Of a stretch of 64,000 nt of DNA, positions 25,596 through 37,061 are shown in pieces. The stretch's first letter is position 1; the number at the start of each line of letters is the position of its first letter. The DNA comes from Daphnia carinata (lineage: Eukaryota). The stretch spans positions 9,610,001 to 9,674,000 of the forward strand of contig NC_081333.1 of the NCBI RefSeq assembly GCF_022539665.2. The letters run 5' to 3'. The position numbers were made by a program, and so were the translations under genes. The notes under the pieces were generated by a model. It was not told where the DNA came from and searched no databases. It saw only the letters and a list, made by a program, of their open reading frames with translations.

Positions 25596-26251
25596 ATGTT
25601 CAGCTATAAGGTAACATTTCACTTCCATTATTGTTTAGCTGTTTAGTAATTACGGATTAAATAATAAGTCTTCCGTTGCACAGTTGCTGTTGGTTTGCCT
25701 CATGGTCGTTCATTGCGCCCTAAGCTTCCCTGTTGAAGATGAATTGGCTGGAGGTGAAAACAGTGCCGAAGTCCAGGTTGTTGACGACCTTTTGACTGCT
25801 GAACATCACGGAGGCAAATATTTAGTTTTCTATGCAATATTCTTGTCGAGTCATAACATTCAAACCGTCTGTGATGTTGTCTTTGTCTAATAATGTTTTA
25901 GGATTTACTCTATTCTATTTCAGTTAATTCTGGTTTGGCTTAATTAATGTTATACAGGATACGGCGGCTATTACAGACCAAGCTATGGTAAGGGAATGTT
26001 GCTAGAAGAAAGTTGATTTCTGGTCTTAACTCTTCAATCATTTCTAAATTAGGATACGGCGGTTATGGTGGTTATGGAGGCTATGGAAATTACGGAGGTT
26101 ATGGAAATTACGGTGGATATGGTGGATATGGTGGATATGGACACGGACATGGACACCATCATCACCATCACCATGGTAATTAAACTTGAATTTATTACTG
26201 GTAGATGTACCTAGTATAATAGTGCGGTTGATTGCAGGTTACGGCAAGTAA
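25596..26251 (+). CDS. Small secreted Gly/Tyr/His-rich protein, copy 2
   Basis: Same five-exon structure: MFSYK | signal, DLLTAEHHG | GYGGYYRPSY | (GYG/GGY/GNY)n GHGHGHHHHHHH | GYGK*. Confidence 0.8.
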
Positions 26252-26688
26252 ACGTGACACCTAACATTTCTTCGCAAAGAACCCTGATCCACAAGTTGTT
26301 ACCTTGCATTGACTGCACATCGCCAATTCTCGATTTTTTGTTGTTATTTCGTTGTTATCTATTTGTTACCTTCTGTTAAGGAACCTGCTTAAAACCATCG
26401 GCAATAAACCTTATGACATTTTGGCTCTCAAACTGATACGGTGTTGCTTTTCTTTCAACGTCACGGGGTCAGTCATTTTAGGCATTCATTTCAATGGTCT
26501 TCAATAACAGAAGAATAGCTAAGTATTAAGTATGATCTTAGTTAATAGATGTAAGAAGTTTTGAGAATCTAATGCAAAATTTTCTTGTTTATTTAATAAT
26601 TGAACTTATGCATATAGAGGATGAACCGTTCTGAGAATCGACAAACGGATGCTACAAGACTGCGGCTACACATGTAGGTGAACATGGT

Positions 26689-27109
26689 TTAGTAATAATA
26701 ATTATCGTAATAATTGGGTGGAGCGTAATAAGTAGGCGGATAGTAATAGGTCGGTGCGTAATAGTTCGGTTGATGATGATTAGCCACTACCGCTCCAGTT
26801 GCGGCTCCAGCGATAAACCCGTGATGATGGTGTCGGCCATCAGAGCGACGTAATCGGGCTGAAGTGTAGTACGAATCACTTAAATCGGTGTCTGACGAAT
26901 AGGGCGACACTTCTTGATTGATGGAATCCGTATTGGTTTCATCATCAGTTGGCCTACCGTCAGTAAAAGCGCCGAATGCCAAGAGGCTCATTAAAACGAT
27001 CACTATCAGCTTTGTCAAAAGATAATATTTTAGAAAGTGAATTGCGAGAATAGCTCGGATAATGATTTAAAAACATTTCAAAAACAAAAATTACCTGGGA
27101 AGCTTTCAT
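26689..27109 (-). CDS. Small secreted Tyr/Pro-rich prepropeptide, copy 1
   Basis: Exon 1 MKASQ (27109-27095) plus exon 2 from 27009. Signal peptide, acidic spacer, RLRR furin-type site, then HHHHGFIAGAATGAVVANH and a YYxP-rich tail. TATA on the minus strand near 27218. Confidence 0.8.
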
Positions 27110-27479
27110 GATGTCCTGTGTTGTTGGTGGGTGCAGAAGACAAAAATGAGAGGTCTTTGACAGGTTTCTTTCAAAAGTTGATTGAAATTTAACTGGCCTT
27201 TTGTCTTTTCCTACGCCATTTATATACCTCTAACATTTTTAGCAAAGTAAATATTGCGCAAAAGGTTTTACCAATTTATTTCTTAAACCGACTTGAATAG
27301 TTTCAGAGCGTCAGCATGACTACGATTTTTCCTATTTGCAGCTATATTTTCTGTTGGACATTATTTCTTAAACACGGACCTTGAAATATAGAACGTAATG
27401 TTTGAATTGTCCTTAAGATGGATAAAAATCATTCCTAGAGCATTTCCGCCCATATTCGGTAAAACAAGTGTGTAATAAC

Positions 27480-27930
27480 TTTGAATTCAAATAACTTAAA
27501 AAACGATAACTATTCCGTAAAAAGGAAATCAGTATCCGTGATCCTCGTTTACTGTTGACTCAAAATCATGTACTGTTTTTAGATTTGTGGAAAAAAACTA
27601 AATAAGCCCGACTTTTTGTATAAAAATTTAGGCTTGAATTTTTTAACTTGAAATAACACGCTATAACCAAAATTTAATGGAGATTCCGAATAAATATCAG
27701 TTTTTCAGTCAATGAAACGGATTTTGAATAAAACGGAATCAAAGTGGTTTTATCGCAACCACGTTGACTTTGAATAACTGATAAAACATAAAACTCATTC
27801 CGAATTTTCGACATCGTCGTTAAATTTCGAATATAAATCGTGTAATTTTTGGTGGAACATCTAAGTTCAAAACAATTTAGAAAACGTCGAGGCTTATTTG
27901 TCAGACTTATGTGTCGGGCTTATTTTTTTT
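27480..27930. repeat. Diverged member of the palindromic repeat family
   Basis: AATAAGCCCGAC at ~27601 and GTCGGGCTTATTT at ~27913, in an AT-rich body resembling 1.8-2.6 kb. Confidence 0.55.
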
Positions 27931-28078
27931 TAGCTATGAAAAAAGGTACATTGTTCAAATTTCAGACCGTATAATTCAATACATTTCTGGTTGAGTTAAT
28001 GACGAACAAATATTTGTAAAAAGGTCAGTTCAGTCACATTTGCGAAACTCTGTACGATAATATTCTTATAACTTCATG

Positions 28079-28486
28079 TTAGCCGTTGCAGTTACAGTCG
28101 TTGTTGTAGGATGAAGGGTAATAAGTAGGTGGATAATAGTAACTCGGCGCATAGTAAGTTGGATGCCTGTTATTAGCCACAACCGCTCCAACAGCTGCTC
28201 CAGCGAGAAATGGCCGATGTCTAGCGTGCCGAGTCAGTTCGGTTAAATCAAAATTGGTTTTCAATCCATCAATGTTGGGCGATGAATACGATACATCTGG
28301 ATAGATGGAGTATGCATTCGTTTCATCGTCAGTAGTCTTCGCCAATGCACAGACAGTTAAGAAACTCACTAGTATCATCAACTTGAACAGCTTCGCGAAA
28401 AATGCATTTCAAAAGAAGATTCAAAAAGATAAAGCTTGCATCATAATTGAGATCGTATTAAAAATTCTTACCTGAACACGCTTCAT
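28079..28486 (-). CDS. Small secreted Tyr/Pro-rich prepropeptide, copy 2
   Basis: Exon 1 MKRVQ, signal peptide, shared TDDETN, RHAR site, FLAGAAVGAVVAN, YYAPSYYYPPTYY. Clear paralog of 26689-27109. Confidence 0.8.
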
Positions 28487-29291
28487 GATCGGGTTGCCTT
28501 TTTCTTTTACAGTTTTAATAGGAGTCAGTCTTTATCGAACCTGTTGGCGAGTGATGCTGACAACTATACCTTTAAACAAGAGGCCTTGGCCTTTTATACC
28601 ATTCTTGTCAGCATAGTAGAAATTAACGGTTTCAAGAAACAATGAATATGGAATTTACTTGGGCATCCTTTCCCATTCGAGACGTATGCATATTTACTCA
28701 TCATCGTGAGTGCATGCGTGACTGATGATTTTGCCTGCGTGATTCAATGTCCAGAAGATGGCATTTAAATCTCTGTTTTTGGATGGAAGGAGGTTCAGGA
28801 CTCCGATTGTTTTTTGTTTTCTTACTGAACTATAAATGATGACGCAAGAATTTGTTTGACATTTCGGCAATAAGGAACGTGATGCAAGCACATTTTATCA
28901 ATTTCATTGCGAGTGCAAAAACAGGCTAGGATTCTGTTTGAGAACGAGAGGAAGGTCACCACGTACGTCAGACGAATAAATCCCGAACGCTATGGGCGCA
29001 CGACAGCTAAGGTATACATGGAATACGAATCAGGTGAATAAACGTACTTCTTTCCTTAAATATGGTTTGTGATATAAAGTGATAAATACGGACTGCACTG
29101 AACTACTTACACAATCAGAGATAGGCCCCAATAAGTGTATTACTTTTCATTGCGTTTAGCTATCCCTCTAACACACCTGAACCAACATTAAATCCCACAT
29201 ATAAAACACTACATATACTTTAAAATTATGCCAAAAATCACTAATAGTTTATCAAACAGTCAAATTAAAGTCATTCTATTAAAAATACGCA

Positions 29292-29722
29292 TTAACCAAA
29301 TAAAATGCCTCCAAATCCTGGAGCTGCTGCTCCGTATTGTGGATTCTGAATATTGACACGCGGTCTTTCGAAATTCTCCGAGTACTGGAACGGTGGCAAT
29401 GGACCAGATGGACCCGTTGGGTAATAATAACTACGTCGGGACGACATCCAAGAAATTTCTTTTCGGGCTGGATCTGTTCTTCCAGGCTGAGACGAACTTG
29501 TTCGTACAAAGCCCATATTTTTGTCGTGAAAATATTGGCGATTCATTTTAGGAATCATGAAAAGAAAGGTCCCTTCAGCCATGGAGACGATCACCAACGC
29601 GACGAGGCAGATAACTAACTACGTGTGTGTTTTTTTCGATTTAATTTAAAAGCATAAAAATGAAATGGGGAGCATAACGTAAAAGTAACTAGTCAAAGGT
29701 ACGTTACCCAAGAGCGCGACAT
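29292..29722 (-). CDS. Secreted prepropeptide ending GFGGILFG*
   Basis: Exon 1 MSRSW (15 nt, GTAACG donor) plus exon 2 LVICLVALVIVSMAEG...RK...RR...RPR...PGFGGILFG*. TATAAA on the minus strand at ~29778. Confidence 0.75.
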
Positions 29723-30639
29723 TCTCCTTGCTGGCTGTTACTGGAACTCTTGGCATTTTCAGGATCGGCACCTCGGTTTTATAGTCGGCGTCTTTTCTGC
29801 CAAAGCTTTGTTCTTTTAGCGATGGACTTGTTTCTTCGTGATATACGAAGTCTCAAAAAGAACCGACTGGCAGTTTTAGTAATCAGATGTACATGACTTT
29901 TCTTCACTTTGCTTAAAGCGCACCATGCATACCTAATTTCTTCGGTACAATGGCCTTGACATTGGCACCTTGACTTTGGTGTCGCGCAAAATATCAAAAG
30001 AAAGACGCGGTATTACTTTTCCACTCGTACCATCCACTTTAACGTACAAAGGTGCGTAATGACCTCTTCCAACTTGTGTTCCATGAATCAATTGGATTTT
30101 GGCCTTTAACAAAAAATCCGCACCAAATTTGGTGCGTCATTCAAAACAGCAAAAGTCCTTGAGTAACCTAACCTTTTTTTAACTTCCAACTTGTGTTCCT
30201 TAAATGATGTGATAATGTATTTATATTTATTTAGATTTTATTGCACCATTTTCCCGATATTTTTCTGAACGTTCAAACAAGTTAGTGCCATGAAATATAA
30301 CTGTGTTGTCCTTTAAAAATGTTATATTGCAGTAAAATTTGACTGTGACTGATATTGTTCACTTAATGTTTATTCAAAGACAAAAACAGACCTTTTTGCG
30401 GTATTGTTCTATAGTAAAAATATCTTTCAACATTTTAATTATCACTCGATCTCGTTGCCATAAGAACCCAGTAGAAATAATATTTTGCGCCATCAACTTC
30501 TTAAAAAACAAAAACCCAAGTAGAAGGGTAATGATTTATTATAGAAATTAATATTAAATTAAACATGACATTGCGTCACCAATATTTGTTTTTGAAACAG
30601 AAAACATTTTATGTGTGGTAACAGTTGCATCGAACTCGG

Positions 30640-30913
30640 TCAGCCGAAGATGATTCCACCAAAACCCAGATGACCTGTGCTGCTCTGGCGTGACTGCTGC
30701 CTTCGTGTCGCCACGTCGCTAAGAATTCGGTAATTGCGCCACGGTTGGAATTGCAATGGAACGGACAAAACGGCGTACGCAAGAACCAACAAGACGAAGA
30801 AAAACTATTCACGTCGACGACATGGATATCAATAAGTGATACGTATAAAACATTTATGTAAAGAATAGTGTGAGAAATAATAAATGTCTAAACATTACCA
30901 GGAGACGATTCAT
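30640..30913 (-). CDS. 59-aa secreted prepropeptide ending GFGGIIFG* (not in the ORF track)
   Basis: Exon 1 30913-30899 (MNRLL, GTAATG donor) and exon 2 30804-30640: FFFVLLVLAYAVLSVPLQFQPWRNYRILSDVATRRQQSRQSSTGHLGFGGIIFG*. TATAAATA on the minus strand at 31011-31018. Confidence 0.78.
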
Positions 30914-32879
30914 TGTGAAACGGAGCAAGTGGGATCTCCCGAATAAATATAGAAATTGATCCGGAGAGCTGGACTTGGTGAGTGTTGACGCTAAGCTGTT
31001 GTATGTCCTCTATTTATATTAGCGCAGATTTCACCATAATGCTAGAAATGTTACAATACGCCCCATTGTTTCGTCGTTCGACTGATATTCAAACTTCGGA
31101 ATTGCGAAATGCTTATCAGACAATAAGTACCAGACTATCCATACTGAACGTGTGGTTCCCCGAATCGTTTATAGGTAGACGCTGAAGATGTGTCGCACAT
31201 ATTCTCGGGTCCTACCATGTTCGTCCTGTTGCGTTTTGCTAGTAGCCTTGACAATGGACTCGCAGCCCAAGTTGAAGGCTTCTACCAGCTTCTTACTTGA
31301 GCTGAAGATGCCGGAGAAAAAAGAAGTTTGTATCGTTGGCAAATAAAGCTCTGAATTAGAAGAACTTGTACACATAGAAATTCGTACTTTCACCAACTAT
31401 GACACATAAAATGTTATAAGGTTAACTTAAGTCAATGTAGGTTTGAGTCACCTTTAAATTTGATTCAGATGCCAATGTTCGATCAATTCCGTTTTGTCCT
31501 TGGCATTGAATCGCTATAAAATTAACATGCGCGCGGTAAATTTTGCCGCTAGATCAGAACAGGATCTTTCCGTAAGATTGCATCAATCTTGGCTCACGTA
31601 CGCATACGTGGCCGCAACATTGGCCCTCGAATCACGTAGGATGCGTAGCATTGACATTGAAAAAGGTGCGAAGGACGCAAAATACCCTTTGGTTTACACG
31701 CGCCAAAACGTGCGCTCACGCCCATCTACACTACACCCCCATCCAATAAATTGCTTCCGAGAAATGTCCTTTCAACCTTGGGCGATTGAATTAAAACGAA
31801 AAAAAGGTTCAAGTTCATGTCTCACATCACAACAGTATAGTCCCTTTCAAGTTGCGATGAACGATAATAGAGCGACATAGATCTCCTGGAAATAATTGAT
31901 TTAGGTCGCAGTTTGGCTTGATCGGTGTTTATTACAAAATCAAGGAAGAACATCTTTTTTTGTGGCTGAAAAACTACAAGATATTGGCAGAAAAATAATT
32001 AAAGAAGGTCTCTTGAAAGACACCTTGTGCCTTTCAGACCAGGACGGGTAAAGTACGTAGTAAGTTTATCATTTGTCTGCCGAGAAGTTGTTTGTGAAAA
32101 ATATTAAATCCCTTGCGGAGAAAGAAGATTGGTTGTGTAATTCACCAAGATCGTAACTAATCTCGTTTCTAGACGAAATAACGTAGCATTGACATTGAAA
32201 ATGCAATAATGGCATAGTTCCAATGATTCAAGGCTTTACCTGCGGGAGTCGGTCTTCTTCAAACAAGGAAAATACGCCCCTCTTAGCCCCTTGTTTAGCT
32301 ATTTTTCTATTCCACTTTCTCCGCAGAATGCGTGTGTGTCCTTGTTCAAACCTGCATCTCTATTTGCTTAGCCGTCTGAGGTCAAATGAAAGCGACTCGA
32401 AAGGCAACTTGCGATGCCGCAACACTAAAGCGAAAGTTGATCAACACAAGTTAAGTGAAGTCATAAAGTTGACACCAGGTTCTGTGATGATTACATAACC
32501 TTGCAGTTGGTTGTTAGAAGGCGATTGGCTTGTTAGCAAAATATTCAGTGCCTTTTATTGTTTGTTTGTTTTTTTTCATGGGGGGAACACGTAAGTGAGT
32601 TGATCAGGAACAAACTAACGACCGTAAAAAGTCGCCAACACTAGGCGTGGATTTAAAACCATGCCTGTGCTAGTTGTTTACTGAAAAAGAGAAAGCGAAT
32701 AACCTTTTTTTTTTTTACTTTCTGTGTTGTTTTACTAAGCCTCCTCCTGTCAGACGTGAGACCGGAAATCTCTTGTCCCACTTTGATGAGGTATAAAATA
32801 GGCAACACTCCACTGATGAGGTTATAGTTTGGTGTAAAGATTGGCATTCGACGGACTTCCAATATCACGAACACCGAAC

Positions 32880-34342
32880 ATGCGGTCTTTGGTAAGTCCT
32901 ATGATCAAATCTGTTTTTAGCTCGTGGCGAACTGTTGTTCGATTGGACTGTTTTATGACTTAATGGTACGTTTTAGCGTTAGGAAAACAAACAACACAAG
33001 GATTGAAAATAGTTTATGTGCTCATAGAATGAACAAGTTGACTAAGCAAGATTATGTAGATTTTTCCTTAGAATAGGATGTTTAATAAATGGTTTTTGAC
33101 AAGGTTGACATGTGTCGGGATTATCGATGGGTTGACAAAATATTTGCAAATTTTTTTTCGTTTGATGCTACGCAAGAACTGAACTTCTGTGTGATAAAGT
33201 GAATATTTCGTTACATCTTTCGTGGTGAAATCCCTTTCCTTATGATGTAGATTTCATGTTAATAGATCGATAAATAAAACCCCGAAAATAATAAAACCCA
33301 CCTTCCTGTTTTCTAGTTTTTTTTTTTGGCTGACAACAGGAAATAACTATTTACAACTTGCTTTTTGCCACTTCCAACTTTTGTATATCATTTTCCATTC
33401 TAATGTAAACAAAGGAATCCCGCCTGAAACATAAGAAATTCTATCAATACAATGTTCTTTTGTCTTCTCTTTATAGCAGACATCCGCCGTGTTGTGCTTG
33501 CTTTTCCTGGCAGTTATGGCGTATTCGGCATCAGCACAAATTTCGTCCGCTGAAAATGATCCAGAAGCAAAAAGCCAATCGCTATCGGCCGATCCAAGAT
33601 TATCCAAAAAAACCGTAACTGTTTTAACTTAAAAATTTATCGGAACTCATTTTAACGCGAACAATCTCTTTCCTCTAACGCTTCCGTAGGCATTAGCAAT
33701 TCCGCACTATGGTGGAGGTTACGGAGGGGGCTACGGAGGAGGCTACGGAGGGGGTTACGGCGGAGGCTACGGTGGTGGGTACGGTGGAGGATACGGAGGC
33801 GGAGGTAGCTCTATTCCTCCGGTATATCCGCCGTATCCCGGAGGAAGCTACGGTGGCGGTGGAAATAATTTCGGCTATAATTACAATGGATATGGTTACT
33901 ATCCGCCCATAAATAGTACGAGGAATAATCTTAATGTTATGTAAAAACGAATCTAATTTTACTTCCTTTATCCAAATGTGTAATTAGATTATGGAAATGG
34001 CTATGGATACAATGGCTATGGTAAGGGCAACTTTTAGCTAAACACATTTAAGCTTTTACGCAAGTAGAATGAACAGATTTTATTACCTACTTTAGGTGGT
34101 TACGGTGGCCAAGGCGCTTATGGTCCCGGTTACAATATCGGCTACGGCGGATACGGTAAAAAAAAAAGAGAAATAATAAAAACCAACCCGAATTCCTTCA
34201 CAGATCGCTATTCATTGTTAATGCTGTTACTGTTTTGCTCCAAAATAAAGTACCATCCCTGTTTTTATTAGGTCTCGTAGGAACCGGAACATACGGTATT
34301 GGCTATGGCGTTAACGGTGTCAGCGTAGGTGTTGCAGGCTGA
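32880..34342 (+). CDS. Secreted glycine-rich (GGGY repeat) protein, cuticular/structural-like
   Basis: TATAAAA at 32792. Exon 1 MRSL, signal peptide exon from ~33477, (GGGY)n exon from 33690, short GY-rich exons, ending GVNGVSVGVAG*. Confidence 0.8.
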
Positions 34343-34857
34343 AGAGGTGTTCGATTTGTTCACAATTTGTATCCATAATCATAGTTGTATCCATCATCAT
34401 ATACCAATATATAAACCTCCAAAATCATTATGGCATTTCTTCGAGCAACACTTTATTGGCAAATCTTTCAAGGGGGGTTAAGGGGACATTAAGTGATGAG
34501 CTGACTTGACTGTTTTTGCAGAAAAAAACTTTTAAGCCTGACTAAATAAGCCCGACTTTCTTATTCTTAAGTCGAACCCGAGTCGACTTTTCTTATTCTT
34601 AAGTCGGGCTTAAAAACTTACAATAAACGAATTGCCATAGTTTGGTTATTTTAAAAATGAAAATTCTTGTAGCCATCTTCAGGGGGATGGATGCACTACG
34701 TTTACAACAATAATAAAAATACATAATGGTTGGGGGGTGAGGGAATTCTGAATTGTCAAATGTCAAATGTGCGAGACGCCATTAACAAGTGCATTGAGTG
34801 CTTGAAAACCTACAAATCAAGTCGGGTTTGCACTGCAACGCACTTTTCACTTTGAGG

Positions 34858-36232
34858 ATGAAATTTGCTCCTCTGGCGTTTCTTGTCTTAATTAATTTCC
34901 AGGTTTGTTTGTCGGTTTTACCGATTGTAATCTGGCATGGCTTAGGTAATCCAGCTATACAAAGATTTTGGTTCATTGACTAAAAATACGTTGATATTCC
35001 GTGATTACTTCTCTAGGAGATGTATGCTGTAACCCCTTGAGCATTGGTGGTTTACAAAAGTTTATACAACAAGAAATTCCTGATGTTTATGTTATTTCAT
35101 TAAAGATTGGGAAAACCACCAAAGAGGTGCTTGTACTTAGTAATGTTTTTTTCTAGAACAAGACATAACTTTATATTTAAGGATTTTGAGAATGCATACA
35201 TAAAAAATGCAAACGATCAAGTCAAATTCGTCTGTGACTTCATCAGAAATGATTCAAAATTAGCTCTAGGATATCATGGTCTTGGTATCTCCCAAGGAGG
35301 GCAATTCTTGTAATTTCTTTACTACGTTTATAGAATAAAAGTGTGTTAGTTACACTTGTTCTTTGATGTCTGATAGGAGAGCTGTAGCTCAACGATGCAC
35401 TAATCCTCCAATGGCTAATCTGATCACTCTAGGCTCTCAACATCAAGGTGTGTATGGACTCCCTCGGTGCTCGGGTGATGATGTCAAGTTTTGTAACTAC
35501 ATTCGGACGTTGTTGAACCGCGGAGCCTACAAAAAGTGAGTACTCAGACCTATACTTGTCTTCAGATTTTTTAAATTATCAGCATTCGGTCTAGATGGAT
35601 TCAAAATTTCGTCGCCCCGGCAGAGTATTGGCATGACCCATTGGATGAGGAGACATACAAAAAAGCAAGCGTATTTCTTGCTGATATAAATAATGAGAGG
35701 GTAATGGCATAGCTCAATGTAAACATGATGTCTTCAATCTTGGATGATAGTCTTACAAATTTTGCTTTTTCTCATTACAGACAATCAATGAAACTTATAA
35801 AACTAATTTACAACAGCTGAAAAACTTTGTCATGGTAAAGTTTACAAAAGATACAGTTGTACAACCAATAGAAACAGGTAAATTTCAAATCGGCAACTGT
35901 TGGTATGTTATTCATGTATATATTTTTTTCTTACTTTATTGTAATCCTTTAAATTGCAGAATGGTTTGGTTTTTATCGCGAAAATGATTTGAATTCAACT
36001 TATACTCTTCAGGAGTCACCGCTCTATATTGAGGTAAGGTACCATCACCTAATTAGTTGACCACCGTTATTTTCAAATTTTCCTCTTTTGTTGCCACCTT
36101 TGCAAGGATCGCCTAGGCTTACGAACCATGGATGGTCAAGGTAAACTTCATTTCCTGAAAGTTGAAGGGGATCACGTTCAATTTAGCCAGACTTGGTTTA
36201 AACAAGTGATTATAGAGAAATTCTTACGTTGA
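34858..36232 (+). CDS. PPT1: Palmitoyl-protein thioesterase 1
   Basis: Signal peptide, [16 protein letters not shown], nucleophile motif [57 protein letters not shown]. Confidence 0.95.
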
Positions 36233-36811
36233 AAAGATTTAAAGTGTTAACACAATAAAAAGCTATTTACTATCGCCATAAAGTATACTAGGATTAGTAA
36301 CGTTTGCAAAACCACTTGAGTTACGCGTGTTAAGCTCCATAGATGGTGTTGCGATCCTTCCGTTTCAAATCGCCAGTATGCTCCGGTATTTGACAGTTTT
36401 GGACCGACCGGCCGCTATATGTGATTTAGAGGAGGCCGAAAAATCAGTTTTTAGTCGTCATAAAATGGTAATCAGAAATATATGTTAAGTGTTTGACAAA
36501 TTTCGCATATAATTTAAGGGGACTAAACAAAGCTATTCAGAAATTTGTCTTAGACCTCGGGGTAGGTAAAGGAACATTAAATATGTATGAAATATCATTT
36601 GTTGTCGTTTTGACTCACTTTCTAAGCTAGTGCCAGCAGAGTCACTTTCTAGCAGTCAAAGTTAATGGCGGCGGATAAATTTGAATAGAAATCGCACCAA
36701 AGTAGAAACCTACTAGAGTTGTCGCTCCGATCAATTTTTTATGTTGATGGGCGACCCGATCAATCTTTGGTTGATCGGACCGAAAAGACTTAAATGCGAC
36801 AAGCAAATGGA

Positions 36812-36888
36812 CGCTAGATGGCGAAAAAATTGAATTTAAAAAATGATCGAACCCACTTTTTTACTTTATTATTTTCGCCATCTAGCGG
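36812..36888. promoter_or_regulatory. Inverted pair of CTCF-like motifs upstream of the HBP1-like gene
   Basis: CGCTAGATGGCGAAAA (36812-36827) and its exact reverse complement TTTTCGCCATCTAGCG (36872-36887). Resembles the CTCF consensus CC(A/G)C(T/C)AG(A/G)(T/G)GGC(A/G). Confidence 0.5.
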
Positions 36889-37061
36889 TCACCATCAATA
36901 TTATTTTATTATAAACAATGGCTGCTCACGATTGGGTGTGAAGCTTTGTCTAGAAGAGTAACATCAGGGCAAGCAAAGTAAATGATCCTAATTGGTTGCA
37001 TCGAGATGTGATTTTTTTCATTTTCTAACAAATTATTTTATGTGTAAACATCTAACAGAAA

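Noticed and set aside
30065..32201. Short direct repeats (CTTCCAACTTGTGTTCC twice; CGTAGCATTGACATTGAAAA twice)
   Set aside because: Only two copies each with irregular spacing. Not a CRISPR array or LTR pair in this eukaryotic context.
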